Assembly (NCBI GenBank): GCA_027623205.1
Contig: JAQBYC010000001.1
Location: forward strand, 121-64,120
From: Pseudomonadota bacterium
GTDB lineage: Bacteria > Pseudomonadota > Alphaproteobacteria > GCA-2731375
Direction of reading: 5' to 3'
DNA length: 64,000 nucleotides
The notes under the pieces were generated by a model. The model did no database searches. It was not told the DNA's origin and saw nothing but the letters and a program-made list of their open reading frames with translations. Position 1 is the stretch's first letter, and each line of letters starts with the position of its first letter. Position numbers and translations under genes: made by a program. This document shows positions 19,765-30,625 of the stretch, in pieces.

Positions 19765-20145
19765 TCAGCGCCGCGGTGCGCCATAAAGATACCGGGTGTT
19801 CACTTCGGTTTCGTTGCCGTCGGGATCCATCATAAAGAGTGCCCGGCCCACGCCCCGCTCGCCGTAAGGCCCGCGTGTGAAATATCGGCTGCCCGCGAAT
19901 TTTGTCAGGATCTCATCGAAGCCATCTTCCGTCACGGTCATGGCGAAGTGAAGCGGCCCGCCGCCCTGGTGGCGACCGGTGTGGTTTTCCATCTGCAGAA
20001 CGATATGGCCGCGCTCGCTTTGCAGATAGGTCCGTTCCCCATCCTGCTTGTCCAGCGGGATACCGAGCATACCGTGATAGAATTCGATCGCCGTTTCCAT
20101 GTCCTTTACCTTGAGGAAGATTTCTTCGATCCCGATGATCCCCAT
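19765..20145 (-). CDS. VOC (glyoxalase/bleomycin-resistance/dioxygenase) family protein
   Basis: Start MGIIGIEEIFLKV; beta-alpha-beta-beta-beta VOC pattern over about 126 aa. Confidence 0.6.
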   Translation of the reverse strand: MGIIGIEEIFLKVKDMETAIEFYHGMLGIPLDKQDGERTYLQSERGHIVLQMENHTGRHQGGGPLHFAMTVTEDGFDEILTKFAGSRYFTRGPYGERGVGRALFMMDPDGNETEVNTRYLYGAPRR

Positions 20146-20270
20146 GCCGCACGCTCCCTCTTGTTGCCGGTGTTCGAACGAACCTGTTGGCCATGCTACA
20201 CCGCTCCAGGGCGGTCTGGCCATGGGGGCCACCTGGTTGGCGCCGGCCCTGCCTGTCGGCGGGAAAAGGC

Positions 20271-21860
20271 TCAGGGCGCCGCATCCAGGGTCGGGAACAG
20301 TTCGGCCAGGCGGTTGCGTTGCAGTTTTTCCGTTGAGGTGACAGGCAGCGCGCTGGCGGCCACGAAGACGAAGTGCTGGGGGACCTTATAGGCGGCCAGG
20401 GATTGCCGGCAATGTTGCCGCAAGGCATCTTCGGACACCGACGCGTCCGCTTGCAGTACCACCACGGCGCCGATGGCCTGGTCCAGACGGGGGTCGGGCA
20501 GACCGGTGACGAAGACGGAGGCGACGGCTTCGTGGCCGCGCAGCACCGCCTCGATCTCCGCCGGCGCCACATTGATACCGCCGCTTTTGATCAATTCCTT
20601 GCGCCGGCCCTGAAACTGCACCCAGCCTTTGGCGTCCACCAGGCCCAGATCGCCGGTCAACAGAAAGCCGTCCGCGGTCATGCTGGCGGCGGTGGTTTCC
20701 GGGTCGTTCAGATAGCCCGGCATGATATGCCCGCGCAGGGCAATCTCCCCCACCTGACCCCGGGGCAGGGGTTGCCCGGTTTCGAGATCACGCACCTGTA
20801 ACTCGACACCCCGCAAAGGTTCGCCGCTGGCCACCAGGCGCTGCGCCACGGGGGCGGCGGCATCGGTCACCGCCGAGTTGCCATAGGCCTCCGTCAGGCC
20901 ATAGACGTTGCAGATTTGCCCGACGCCCAGATCAACAATCAACTGCATCTGCTCGGGCGTGCCGATGGCCGCACCCGTGCGCAGGCTGGACAGATCACGG
21001 CGTGTCCGATCAGGATGTTCGGCCAGGGCCAGGGCGATGTTCGGGGTGCCGTAAAAGACCGTGCAGCGTTCGGCCTCGATCAGTCGCAGGGCCTCGCCGG
21101 CGTCGAAGTGGTGTTGCAGCACCATGCTGCCGCCGTGGCTCATCACCGCGAACAGGGCATTGACGCAGCCAAAGGACCAGAACAGCGAAACGGCGAACCA
21201 TAGCCGATCATCCGGGCCAAGGTGCATCCGCTCGCCAATCTCCCACATATTGTCGATCAGCCCCCAATGTTGCAGGGGCACCCCCTTGGGCCGGGCGGTG
21301 GAACCGGAGGTGTAAAGTATGCAGGCGACGTCATCGGGTCGGGCCGCGGACCAGAGATTTTCCCGTTCCGCATCTGAAACATTTGCCCCCAGGCTTGCCA
21401 AATCAGCAAATGGCGTGGCGCCCGCCGGTAGCCCTTCCCCCAATACGATCAGACGCACCAGGGTGGGCAGGCCAATCGCCCGCATCGCGTCGAGCTCCGC
21501 CAACACGTCGCGCCCGCGAAAGCGGTCGGCCAGGATCAGGGTGGTGACGTCCGCATGGTTCAGTTGATAAGCCTGTTCGGGCGGGGTCAACCAGGTGTTC
21601 AAGGCCACCGCCGTGGCGCCCAGGCCCAGGATGGCGAAATAGCTGGACAGCCACTCCGCCCGGTTGCCCATCAGGATCGCCACCCGGTCGCCGGGCCGCA
21701 CGCCCAGGGCCCATAGCCCGGCGGCCACGGTTTGCGATTCCTGGCGCAGTTGGCCGTAGCTCCAGCGGCGGGGCCCGTCAACCACCGCCTCCCAATCCGG
21801 CTGTCGCCGCGCCATTTCATCCAGCAGGGCCGGGGCCGTTCTCGCTGCGGGCTTTTGCAT
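20271..21860 (-). CDS. AMP-dependent acyl-CoA synthetase/ligase
   Basis: 529 aa with the AMP-binding signature YTSGSTARPKGV and C-terminal ligase motifs. Confidence 0.8.
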   Translation of the reverse strand: MQKPAARTAPALLDEMARRQPDWEAVVDGPRRWSYGQLRQESQTVAAGLWALGVRPGDRVAILMGNRAEWLSSYFAILGLGATAVALNTWLTPPEQAYQLNHADVTTLILADRFRGRDVLAELDAMRAIGLPTLVRLIVLGEGLPAGATPFADLASLGANVSDAERENLWSAARPDDVACILYTSGSTARPKGVPLQHWGLIDNMWEIGERMHLGPDDRLWFAVSLFWSFGCVNALFAVMSHGGSMVLQHHFDAGEALRLIEAERCTVFYGTPNIALALAEHPDRTRRDLSSLRTGAAIGTPEQMQLIVDLGVGQICNVYGLTEAYGNSAVTDAAAPVAQRLVASGEPLRGVELQVRDLETGQPLPRGQVGEIALRGHIMPGYLNDPETTAASMTADGFLLTGDLGLVDAKGWVQFQGRRKELIKSGGINVAPAEIEAVLRGHEAVASVFVTGLPDPRLDQAIGAVVVLQADASVSEDALRQHCRQSLAAYKVPQHFVFVAASALPVTSTEKLQRNRLAELFPTLDAAP

Positions 21861-21874
21861 GTCCCGACCTGATC

Positions 21875-23512
21875 CTACCGCCGCACTTTATAGCCCGCGG
21901 CTTCCCGGTCCCAGGCGTCGGCGCTGATGCCCCGGTCGCGCAGCTTGTTCTTCTGAATTTTGGCTGTTGGGGTGGTGGGAATTTCGCTGACATATTCAAT
22001 ATAGCGGGGCACGGCGAAATAGGGCATGCGCGGTGTGCAGAAATCCAGCAGGTCTTCCGGTCTGGGTTGTTCCGCCCCGTCGGCCAGGATGATGCAGACC
22101 AGCACTTCGTCCTCGCCGCCTTCCTCGGCCTTGACCGCCACGGCGGCCACCTCGGCAATGGCGGGGTGATCCAGCAGCACCGCCTCCACCTCGAACGACG
22201 AGATATTCTCGCCCCGGCGGCGGATGGTGTCCTTGATGCGGTCGATATACCAGATGTAGCCGCGCTCATCCATGCGCCCGGCATCGCCGGTGTGAAACCA
22301 GAAATTGCGCCAGGTTTCCACCGTGCGCTCGGGCATGCCGTTGTAGCCCTGCATGAAACAATAAGGTTCCTTGGGCCGCACCAGGATCTCCCCCACCTCG
22401 CCCAGGGCAACTTCCTCGTCCGTCTCGGGGTCGGCAATGATGACCTCGAAATACTCATCCCAGACCTTGCCGGAGCAGCCCGCCTCGTCTGGCGCCTCCA
22501 GGGGGCGGCAGACCGGCAGATTACATTCGGTCATGCCGAATATTTCGTTGAATTTGGGAATGGCGAAGCGGTTGCGCAGGTTTTCCAGGGTTTCGTCCGT
22601 TACCGGCACCGCGCTGACCATGCGCAGGTTGTTATCCGTATCCGTGGGTTTGGCCGGTTGGCGCAGCACGAAATCGTTCATCACGCCCAACAGATTGGCC
22701 AGGGTCGCCTTGTGCTTGCGGATATCGTCGATCCAGGTGGTGGCGCGGAATTGCCGCACCACGACGGCGCTGCCCCCGGTTATCAGGGTGGCGTAAAGCT
22801 GCATCAGAATGCCCTGGGCGTGAAACAACGGCATGGGGATGTAGTAATGATCCTCCGGCGTCATGCCCATATGCTGCTTCATGCACAGCCCGAACAGATA
22901 CAAATGGCCGTGGGGCATCAAGGCGCCCTTGGACGGCCCCGTGGTGCCCGAGGTGAACATGATCATGCCGATGTTGCGGTAGCTGATCGGGGTTTCGATC
23001 TCGTCCGCGGCACCGGCCATGATCTCGTCGAAGCAGCGTACTTTGATACGTTTGAAATTCGGCGAATTGTCGGGGTCATAGACATCGCCGGGCACATAGA
23101 CGGTCTGCATATCCGGCACGCTGTCTTCGATGTCGGCCAGCCAGGGCAGATAGTCTGGCTCGAACACGCCGATAGTGGATTTGGTATTGCTCAGGACATG
23201 GGTCAGAAAGGCGCCCTTCAGGGCGGTGTTGATGCCCACATGCACGGCGCCGATGCGGCTCAGGCCAAACCAGATCCACAGATATTCCAGGCGGTTGTTC
23301 AGCATGACCGCCACATTGTCGCCGAAGCCCAAGTCGATCCCGGCAAAGCCGTTGCCTGCCCGATTGGATAGTGCATGGGCCTGCGCATAACTGTGCATGG
23401 GGCCATCCTCGAACTGGACGAAGGGATGCTCGCCCCGGGTCCGGGCCTGTTCCGCCAAAACCTTGCCCACCACCCAGCCGGATTTATCAACCGTCACCTT
23501 GTCAGCCGACAT
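21875..23512 (-). CDS. AMP-dependent acyl-CoA synthetase/ligase (second paralog)
   Basis: 545 aa with MFTSGTTGPSKGA AMP-binding motif; adjacent to the first ligase. Confidence 0.8.
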   Translation of the reverse strand: MSADKVTVDKSGWVVGKVLAEQARTRGEHPFVQFEDGPMHSYAQAHALSNRAGNGFAGIDLGFGDNVAVMLNNRLEYLWIWFGLSRIGAVHVGINTALKGAFLTHVLSNTKSTIGVFEPDYLPWLADIEDSVPDMQTVYVPGDVYDPDNSPNFKRIKVRCFDEIMAGAADEIETPISYRNIGMIMFTSGTTGPSKGALMPHGHLYLFGLCMKQHMGMTPEDHYYIPMPLFHAQGILMQLYATLITGGSAVVVRQFRATTWIDDIRKHKATLANLLGVMNDFVLRQPAKPTDTDNNLRMVSAVPVTDETLENLRNRFAIPKFNEIFGMTECNLPVCRPLEAPDEAGCSGKVWDEYFEVIIADPETDEEVALGEVGEILVRPKEPYCFMQGYNGMPERTVETWRNFWFHTGDAGRMDERGYIWYIDRIKDTIRRRGENISSFEVEAVLLDHPAIAEVAAVAVKAEEGGEDEVLVCIILADGAEQPRPEDLLDFCTPRMPYFAVPRYIEYVSEIPTTPTAKIQKNKLRDRGISADAWDREAAGYKVRR

Positions 23513-23778
23513 TGCGCGCCACTCCCATTCGGTACCGAAGCCTGCATTTTGATAACCTTACCCACCGCCAAAGGCAAATTCGCCAACTCGCGGCCTTGAT
23601 ACCCGTGCCGATTGAGGTTCCCAAATAACCCGTATGTGGGGCTTGCGCCGGCATCGACTGCTGGCTTGTTGCACGCCCGCCAAGCAGACTGTTAAGGCGG
23701 TGCGGAACCTGCTAGGTTCCGGCCCCGTTATTGCTTTGCCTAGGCCACAAGACGCAGTCAGTACGAGGAAATACCGTC

Positions 23779-25632
23779 ATGCCCGCATATCGTTCGCACC
23801 GCACCACCCAGGGTGTTCAAGCCGCTGCCGCCCGCGCCCTTTGGCGGGCCACCGGGACCCAGGAAAAGGATATGAGCAAGCCGATCATCGCGATCGCCAA
23901 TTCCTTTACCCAGTTCGTGCCGGGGCATGTGCATTTGAAGGATCTGGGCCAGATGGTCGCCCGCGAAATCGAGCAGGCGGGCGCCAACGCCAAGGAATTC
24001 AACACCATTGCGGTGGATGACGGCATTGCCATGGGCCATGACGGCATGCTGTACAGTCTGCCCTCCCGCGAACTGATCGCCGATGCGGTGGAATATATGG
24101 TCGAGGCCCATTGTGCCGATGCTCTGGTCTGCATCTCCAATTGTGACAAGATCACGCCGGGCATGCTGATGGCCGCCATGCGCTTGAATATCCCTGCCAT
24201 TTTCGTCTCCGGCGGTCCCATGGAAGCCGGCAAGGCGGGTGCGACCCGCGGTTCGGAACTGGATCTCGTCGATGCCCTGGTGGCCAGTAGCGATCCAAAT
24301 GTCTCGGCGGAGGCATTGCTGGAGATGGAGCGCAATGCCTGCCCCACCTGCGGCTCGTGCTCCGGCATGTTCACCGCCAATTCCATGAACTGCCTGGCGG
24401 AGGCTCTGGGCCTGGCGCTGCCGGGTAACGGCTCCATGCTCGCGACCCACGCCCGGCGCAAGGAGATCTTCCTGCAGGCGGGCCGGCAGATCGTGGAAAT
24501 GACCAAGCGATATTACGAATTGGACGAAGTGGCGGTGTTGCCCCGCAGCATTGCCAGCGTGAAAGCGTTCGAGAACGCCATGGCCGTGGATATCGCCATG
24601 GGCGGTTCTACCAACACCGTGCTGCATCTTCTCGCCATCGCCTTCGAGGGCGAGGTGGATTTCGATATGTCCCATATGGATGCCTTATCCCGCAAGGTGC
24701 CCAATATCTGCAAGGTCTCGCCGTCGGTGCCCCATTATCATATGGAGGATGTGCATCGCGCGGGCGGTATTCTGGGCATCATGGGCGAGTTGGCGCGCGG
24801 CGGCCTGCTGCACACCGATGTATCCAACGTATCGGGCGACACCCTGGCCGATACCCTGGAAACCTGGGACGTGCGGCGGACCCATAGCGACGAGGTGAGG
24901 GATTTCTACCGGGCCGCGCCCGGGCGCATCCGCTCCATCGCCGCGTTCGGTCAGAATAGCTATTATCCGGATCTGGATCTGGATCGGGCCGATGGCTGTA
25001 TCCGGGATCTGGAACATGCCTATTCCAAGGACGGCGGCCTGGCCGTGCTGAAAGGCAATCTGGCCGAAGATGGCTGTATCGTGAAGACGGCCGGCGTTGA
25101 TGAATCCATCCTGAAGTTCAAAGGTCCGGCGGTGGTCTACGACAGCCAGGACGCCGCCGCCGTCGGCATCCAGGGCGGCGAGATAAAGGCCGGCGATGTG
25201 GTGGTGATCCGCTATGAAGGCCCCCGTGGCGGCCCCGGCATGCAGGAAATGCTGGTGCCGACCTCAATGATCAAGGCGGCCGGCCTGGGCAAGGTATGCG
25301 CCCTGATCACCGATGGCCGGTTCTCGGGCGCTACGTCCGGACTATCGTTGGGCCATATTTCCCCGGAAGCCGCGGCAGGCGGCCCCATCGGCCTGGTGGA
25401 AAATGGCGATGAAGTGGAAATAGATATTCCCGAGAGGCGCCTGCAACTGAATGTCGACCCGCAAGAGCTGGAGCGGCGGCATCAGGCCATGAGCGCCCGC
25501 GAGGACGGCGGTTGGAAAGCCGTTGGCCGCGACCGGCATGTCTCGCGCGCGCTGCGCTCCTATGCCGCCCTGGCGCGGAGCGCCGCTTATGGCGCGGTGC
25601 GCGATCCCGGGCTGGTGGATGGGCAGTCGTGA
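23779..25632 (+). CDS. ilvD: Dihydroxy-acid dehydratase
   Basis: Start [12 protein letters not shown]; IlvD/EDD signature including the CDKITPG Fe-S cysteine block; 617 aa. Confidence 0.9.
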   Translation: MPAYRSHRTTQGVQAAAARALWRATGTQEKDMSKPIIAIANSFTQFVPGHVHLKDLGQMVAREIEQAGANAKEFNTIAVDDGIAMGHDGMLYSLPSRELIADAVEYMVEAHCADALVCISNCDKITPGMLMAAMRLNIPAIFVSGGPMEAGKAGATRGSELDLVDALVASSDPNVSAEALLEMERNACPTCGSCSGMFTANSMNCLAEALGLALPGNGSMLATHARRKEIFLQAGRQIVEMTKRYYELDEVAVLPRSIASVKAFENAMAVDIAMGGSTNTVLHLLAIAFEGEVDFDMSHMDALSRKVPNICKVSPSVPHYHMEDVHRAGGILGIMGELARGGLLHTDVSNVSGDTLADTLETWDVRRTHSDEVRDFYRAAPGRIRSIAAFGQNSYYPDLDLDRADGCIRDLEHAYSKDGGLAVLKGNLAEDGCIVKTAGVDESILKFKGPAVVYDSQDAAAVGIQGGEIKAGDVVVIRYEGPRGGPGMQEMLVPTSMIKAAGLGKVCALITDGRFSGATSGLSLGHISPEAAAGGPIGLVENGDEVEIDIPERRLQLNVDPQELERRHQAMSAREDGGWKAVGRDRHVSRALRSYAALARSAAYGAVRDPGLVDGQS

Positions 25633-25746
25633 AATGGGCCAGAGACGCAAAACCATGAAACAGCTGCTTCATTTTATCCATGGCGATGCTGTGGCGGGGG
25701 TCGATCTTTATCGTCCGGCCCCGGGTTAGACGGGATCACGACCGGA

Positions 25747-26895
25747 GTGGACGAGAATTCACCTCTAGAGCGCTACCGCGCCCTGCGCCGGCAGGGTGAG
25801 CTGGATGCGGATCCGGCCCAGGAGCTGGCGGCGGAAAAACTGCAGATGCTGCATCACCGCCTGGCGCAATACGATCCAAGCCAGGGCCAGGGCTGGCGGC
25901 AGTTCCTGTTCGGCCGCTCCCGCAGGGAGCCGGCGCCCGAGGGGTTGTACATCTACGGCGACGTGGGCCGGGGCAAATCCATGTTGATGGACCTGTTCTT
26001 TGACGGCGCGCCCATTGAACGCAAGCGGCGGGTGCATTTTCACGAGTTCATGGGCGAAGTGCATGCCCGCATCGACCGCTTTCGCAAGACACCCGCGAAA
26101 GAGCGCGCCAAAGAGGGCCGGGGCGATGATCCCATTCCGCCCATTGCCGGCGATATCGCCGAGGCCACCTGGCTGCTGTGTTTCGACGAATTTGAAGTGC
26201 GCGACATCGCCGACGCCATGATCCTGGGCCGCCTGTTCGGCCGGCTGTTCGAATTGGGCGTGGTGGTGATCGCCACGTCCAACCGGGCGCCGGACGATTT
26301 GTACAGGAACGGTTTGAACCGGCAATTGTTCCTGCCCTTCATCGAAAGCATGAAGCAACGCCTGGACGTTCTGTGTCTGGAGGGACCGCTGGACCATAGG
26401 CTGGCGCGTATGAGGGGCATGCCGGTCTATCACACGCCCCTGAACGGGACGGCCGCGGCGGAATTGGACGCGGCTTTTTTACGCCTGACCGATCAGGCGG
26501 TGGGCATTCAGGGCGAAATTCAGGTCAACGGCCGCATATTGGTGGTGCCCCAGCAGGCCAAGGGCGTGGCCCGGTTCCACTTTGCCGAATTGTGTGAAAC
26601 CGCCCTGGGCGCCCATGATTATCTGGCCCTGTCAAAACGCTTTCACACCCTCATACTGGACGGCATTCCGCAATTGGGACCGGAAAAGCGCAACGAAGCC
26701 CGCCGCTTCGTGATCCTGATTGATGTTCTTTACGACAACGGGGTGAAATTGGTGGCCAGTGCCGAGACCGCCGTGGACGGCATTTATCCCGCCGGCGACG
26801 GTGGCTTCGAATTTCAGCGCACCGTTTCAAGGTTGATCGAAATGCAATCGGCCGAATATTTCTACGCCCCCCACCGTGCCCTGGCGGAAAGCTGA
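25747..26895 (+). CDS. zapE: Cell division protein ZapE (AFG1-like ATPase)
   Basis: Walker A GDVGRGKS and the AFG1/ZapE family pattern over 382 aa. Confidence 0.8.
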   Translation: MDENSPLERYRALRRQGELDADPAQELAAEKLQMLHHRLAQYDPSQGQGWRQFLFGRSRREPAPEGLYIYGDVGRGKSMLMDLFFDGAPIERKRRVHFHEFMGEVHARIDRFRKTPAKERAKEGRGDDPIPPIAGDIAEATWLLCFDEFEVRDIADAMILGRLFGRLFELGVVVIATSNRAPDDLYRNGLNRQLFLPFIESMKQRLDVLCLEGPLDHRLARMRGMPVYHTPLNGTAAAELDAAFLRLTDQAVGIQGEIQVNGRILVVPQQAKGVARFHFAELCETALGAHDYLALSKRFHTLILDGIPQLGPEKRNEARRFVILIDVLYDNGVKLVASAETAVDGIYPAGDGGFEFQRTVSRLIEMQSAEYFYAPHRALAES

Positions 26896-26970
26896 CTCCG
26901 GGCGCGCTGGACCACCGCGCGCCACTCTCAGCTCAGGCCATCGCCCGTCTTATATCAAGGACCATTGGTA

Positions 26971-28053
26971 TTACCCGGCCGGAAAGAGACGGCGTGTTCG
27001 ATTGGCAAAAGCGACGAGCGACAGCATGACCGGCACTTCGACGAGCACCCCGACAACGGTCGTCAATGCGGCCCCTGAATTTAGGCCAAACAGGCTAATC
27101 GCAACGGCCACGGCCAATTCAAAGAAGTTTGATGTTCCAATGAGGGCACATGGCGCCGCCACGTTGAATGGCACACGCCACAAATAGGCTGCGCCATAGG
27201 CGACCGCGAAAATTCCATAAGACTGGACCAGGAGCGGTACCGCGATCAATGCGATAAGCACGGGACGATCAAGGATCACATGACCTTGAAAACCAAACAA
27301 CAGGACCACCGTGGCAAGGAGCGCAAATACGGAAAGCGGTTTAATCCTGCCCGTGAAGCGCGTTATCGCGGCGGCGCCGCTTTCCCCGCGTCGGGCGTGG
27401 CGCATTAATTGCTTCCGCGTAACGGCTCCGGCCATGAGCGGAATAACCACATAAAGGCCGACGGATAGAATGAGTGTTTGCCAAGGGATGACGATGTCCG
27501 TCACGCCGAGCAACAAGGCGACAATGGGCGCGAACGCGAAAACCATAATAATGTCATTCAGCGAGACCTGAACAAGTGTATAGGTTGGATCGCCACGCGT
27601 GAGTTGCGACCAGACAAAAACCATCGCCGTGCAGGGGGCTGCGCCCAGTAGGATCAGGCCGGCAATATATTGCTGCGCATCCGTGGGCGCGATGAAATCG
27701 GCGAAGATGATTTCGAAGAACAAGATGCCCAGAACCACCATCGTGAAGGGTTTAACCAGCCAGTTGACGACGATGGTAATGACCAATCCCTTCGGGCGGT
27801 CGCCGATGTGCCGCAGACTGGCGAAATCGACATTCACCATCATTGGATAAACCATGCCCCAAATGAGAACAGCGACAATCAGATTGACCGATGCGTACTC
27901 AAGGCCGGCAAGGAATTGGAATAGATCTGGAATTGCGCTGCCCAAAGCGATCCCCGCGGCGATACACAGCGCGACCCATAGCGACAGCCATTTCTCGAAG
28001 AAACCGATGCCGCCCGGCGTCGCAATGGTTTCTTGCGCCAATTCGTTCTTCAT
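26971..28053 (-). CDS. arsB: Arsenite efflux transporter, ACR3 family
   Basis: 360 aa polytopic membrane protein with ACR3-family conserved blocks ([16 protein letters not shown]-rich TM loops); low-GC region. Confidence 0.8.
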   Translation of the reverse strand: MKNELAQETIATPGGIGFFEKWLSLWVALCIAAGIALGSAIPDLFQFLAGLEYASVNLIVAVLIWGMVYPMMVNVDFASLRHIGDRPKGLVITIVVNWLVKPFTMVVLGILFFEIIFADFIAPTDAQQYIAGLILLGAAPCTAMVFVWSQLTRGDPTYTLVQVSLNDIIMVFAFAPIVALLLGVTDIVIPWQTLILSVGLYVVIPLMAGAVTRKQLMRHARRGESGAAAITRFTGRIKPLSVFALLATVVLLFGFQGHVILDRPVLIALIAVPLLVQSYGIFAVAYGAAYLWRVPFNVAAPCALIGTSNFFELAVAVAISLFGLNSGAALTTVVGVLVEVPVMLSLVAFANRTRRLFPAG

Positions 28054-28163
28054 GGAGTTCCCATTCGTATTTCACCCTGTCATTGGCGGTTTCTTGTGCC
28101 CTGCTGGCCCCATCCGAACAGCGGCCAGGACCCTTCGATCAGCATTTGGATTTGGGCCGCGCC

Positions 28164-28556
28164 TCACGCTGTTTTCGTGGCGGTGGCCGCAAATGGCCCT
28201 GACATGCGGATACAAAGATCCGGGTTGCCGCCGCAGCAATCATCCACCAGATATCCCAGCAATTTGTTGAGGTTATCAAAATTCGCCGCATAGATGACCT
28301 GACGTCCGTTCTTATGGCTTTTTAAAAGCCCCACATGGCGGAGATCCTTCAGGTGAAAGGACAATGTAGAAGGACTAACCCCCAATTCAGCACCGAGTTC
28401 TCCCGCTGGCATGCCGCCGTTGGCGACCAGGGCGCGAAAAATCTTCAGGCGCATTTCGTTGGCAAGCCCGGCCAGGATTTCTGTTGCTTCCTCGATTGTC
28501 AGCGTCACTAATTTTTTTCCTGAAAGGCGAGCCTGAATTGCTGAATTGACAGCCAT
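28164..28556 (-). CDS. arsR: ArsR/SmtB family metalloregulator, atypical C-terminal Cys-Cys...Cys arsenite site
   Basis: wHTH ArsR fold (LKIFRAL...LSFHLKDLRHVGLL); lacks ELCVCDL but has C-terminal DDCCGGNPDLC. Confidence 0.75.
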   Translation of the reverse strand: MAVNSAIQARLSGKKLVTLTIEEATEILAGLANEMRLKIFRALVANGGMPAGELGAELGVSPSTLSFHLKDLRHVGLLKSHKNGRQVIYAANFDNLNKLLGYLVDDCCGGNPDLCIRMSGPFAATATKTA

Positions 28557-28639
28557 TATTATTTCTATATTTCAAGTAATGTCAAAATGTTAAATGCGCT
28601 ATCGGTAATTGGAATGGCAATGGGGTTGCTTTGCCACAA

Positions 28640-28720
28640 GAGCAATTTTCAATTAACCGGTGTCCCGGACGCGACTTAAGTAATTGGTTCAATTTCTCTA
28701 CTTCTGCATCACCATGCCCG
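28640..28720 (+). repeat. Dispersed MITE/REP-like element, copy D (left half plus core; right hairpin degenerate)
   Basis: GAGCAATTTTCAATTAACCGGTGTCCCGGACGCGACTTAAGTAATTGGTTCAATTTCTCTACTTC; in the arsR upstream region. Confidence 0.8.
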
Positions 28721-28873
28721 AAGGTCTGATCCGAGAAACTTGCCGTAAGATTAGCAGCCATGTCGGCTCATTTCCGAAATGTGTCAAAAATCGACATGCG
28801 GGCGCCTTTTCAGGTTTTGGCGGGCATTGCCGGCTGGCCGGGTAATTTCAATCAGATTAAGAATGGGCGAAGG

Positions 28874-30331
28874 CTATTCCGCCGCGCGGGTTGCCGATCC
28901 CGCCGCCGCCTCGGTGCTGGGCGAAAGATAGGCCCCTTGACGCAGCAACTCCCGCTGAATTAGCCGTGGCTCCAGATCGCGCGGACGTACGCCTGAATCC
29001 GCCGCCAGAGCCGCCGCAATGCCGGCGGCATGTCCGGTCATCCAGCATTGGGGCACTTCGCGCAGGAACGAGTGGGAATTGGTATCACAGGCAATGTGGC
29101 GGCCGGCGCCCAGAACGCCGTCGATCCCCGCCGGCACCAGCGCGCCGTAAGGCACCGAGATGTTGGGGAACTTGGGCGCCAGGGATGTGGAAACGCCGAT
29201 CTCGTCGTCCCAGACCTTGCCCGCATCCCACTGCGCCCGCGTTACCTTGTTGAGGCCGATCAGGCGGCGGCTGTGGCGCACGCCGATCTGTGGCGCGCCA
29301 AGCATCAGGAAGGCGTCCCCAAAACCCGGGGCATGCTCGCGGTAGACCGCGAGGTGGCCGACGGTAAGCTGGCGCGAACGGACTTCGATCTCGCTCAGGT
29401 CCTCCACATCGACGGCGCTGTAACCGGACAGCCGCGGTCCCATGAACAGGGCGATGTCATTGCGCCAGGAGACGAACGGTTTCTCGAAGGATTTCAGCTG
29501 TTCCCGCCCACGGTCCATGAAGGCCTTGAAGCCTTCCTTGTCATTGGCGCGAAAATCCAGCCAGCGCTCCATGTCGACGCCGCCCAGCATAAAGGCGGTG
29601 TTGATGCAGCTGTGGATGTCGGTCTCGTCGCTGTCGGTCTCGAATGAAAGACCGGCGCGGGCCAGAAGATCGGCATCGCCGGTCGTATCCACGACAGTCT
29701 TGGCGAGGATCGCGCGGCGGCCCTCCTTGCTTTCGAAGATCGCGCCGCGCATGGCGCCATCCTCGACGATCGGCTCCACCGCCCAGGCATGAAAGGTCAG
29801 CCGCACCTTCTGCTCCAGGGTCATTTGCATGGAAAGCGTCTTCAGGGCTTCGGGGTCGATGGTCGGCGACCAGGTGGTGATGCCGTGAAAGGCGGCCGTG
29901 CGCTGACCCCAATAGGCCGCGGTGGCGGCATCACTGGAGCCCCAATCGGCGCGCGGCGGACCCTGCACCGCGTCCGCGGGCAGACGATCCAGAAAATCAT
30001 GCGCGATGCCCGAAATCACCTGGCGGCCGCTCCAATCGGACATCCGGTCGATCCAGATGACCAGGCCGCCGGTCGACAGACCGCCCAGATGATTATAGCG
30101 CTCGACCAGCATGACATCGGCGCCCAGCCGCCCCGCCGCGATTGCCGCCGTGGTGCCCGACGGCCCGCCGCCGACCACCAGCACGTCGGTCTCGGCAAAA
30201 ACGGGCGTCTCGCGCGCCGCCTCCCGAATCGTCAAGGCCGGCCGCGGACGCCGCGGCGCCCGGTCCCTGCCGCCAAAAATCTCGGTGCCCCGCTCGCTAC
30301 CGACAGTATTGGTGAAGTTTTCGCCGCTCAT
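28874..30331 (-). CDS. FAD-dependent oxidoreductase (FAD_oxidored / PF12831-like)
   Basis: N-terminal VLVVGGGPSGTTAAIAAGRLGADVMLVER dinucleotide-binding motif; 485 aa. Confidence 0.65.
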   Translation of the reverse strand: MSGENFTNTVGSERGTEIFGGRDRAPRRPRPALTIREAARETPVFAETDVLVVGGGPSGTTAAIAAGRLGADVMLVERYNHLGGLSTGGLVIWIDRMSDWSGRQVISGIAHDFLDRLPADAVQGPPRADWGSSDAATAAYWGQRTAAFHGITTWSPTIDPEALKTLSMQMTLEQKVRLTFHAWAVEPIVEDGAMRGAIFESKEGRRAILAKTVVDTTGDADLLARAGLSFETDSDETDIHSCINTAFMLGGVDMERWLDFRANDKEGFKAFMDRGREQLKSFEKPFVSWRNDIALFMGPRLSGYSAVDVEDLSEIEVRSRQLTVGHLAVYREHAPGFGDAFLMLGAPQIGVRHSRRLIGLNKVTRAQWDAGKVWDDEIGVSTSLAPKFPNISVPYGALVPAGIDGVLGAGRHIACDTNSHSFLREVPQCWMTGHAAGIAAALAADSGVRPRDLEPRLIQRELLRQGAYLSPSTEAAAGSATRAAE

Positions 30332-30625
30332 GTCGTTCTCCTGCGTTTTCGCCCCGATAGCCTGTCCGTGACCAGAGGACGCTCAGGCTAGCACCGAATG
30401 CAGCGCGGCCAAACGCAAAATTGTGGCAACCGCTTTGGCTTTTTGGGGAGGGCCGCAACAGAGGATATCAGAGGCTCTGCGGTTCCCCGCGCCGCAATCT
30501 TCCGCTACCATCCGCGCCAATTCGCGGGCATCCGGGACCTTATCGGCTCAAGAGGGCATTTTGCGCGCGGGAGCCGGAAATTGCGCGCGCCGTGGGCTTT
30601 CCCGTCTGTTCGCCAAGAGGACCAT

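Noticed and set aside
23513-23778. 266-bp region upstream of ilvD as a possible leader or riboswitch
   Set aside because: No conserved riboswitch-like structure, attenuator-type leader peptide or terminator/antiterminator pairing is evident. It is treated as an ordinary promoter region.
30398-30625. 5' extension of the P-type ATPase ORF (76 extra codons)
   Set aside because: The extension is Arg/Gly-rich low-complexity sequence. An ATG at 30626 with an AAGAGGACC ribosome-binding site matches the conserved P-type ATPase N-terminus.
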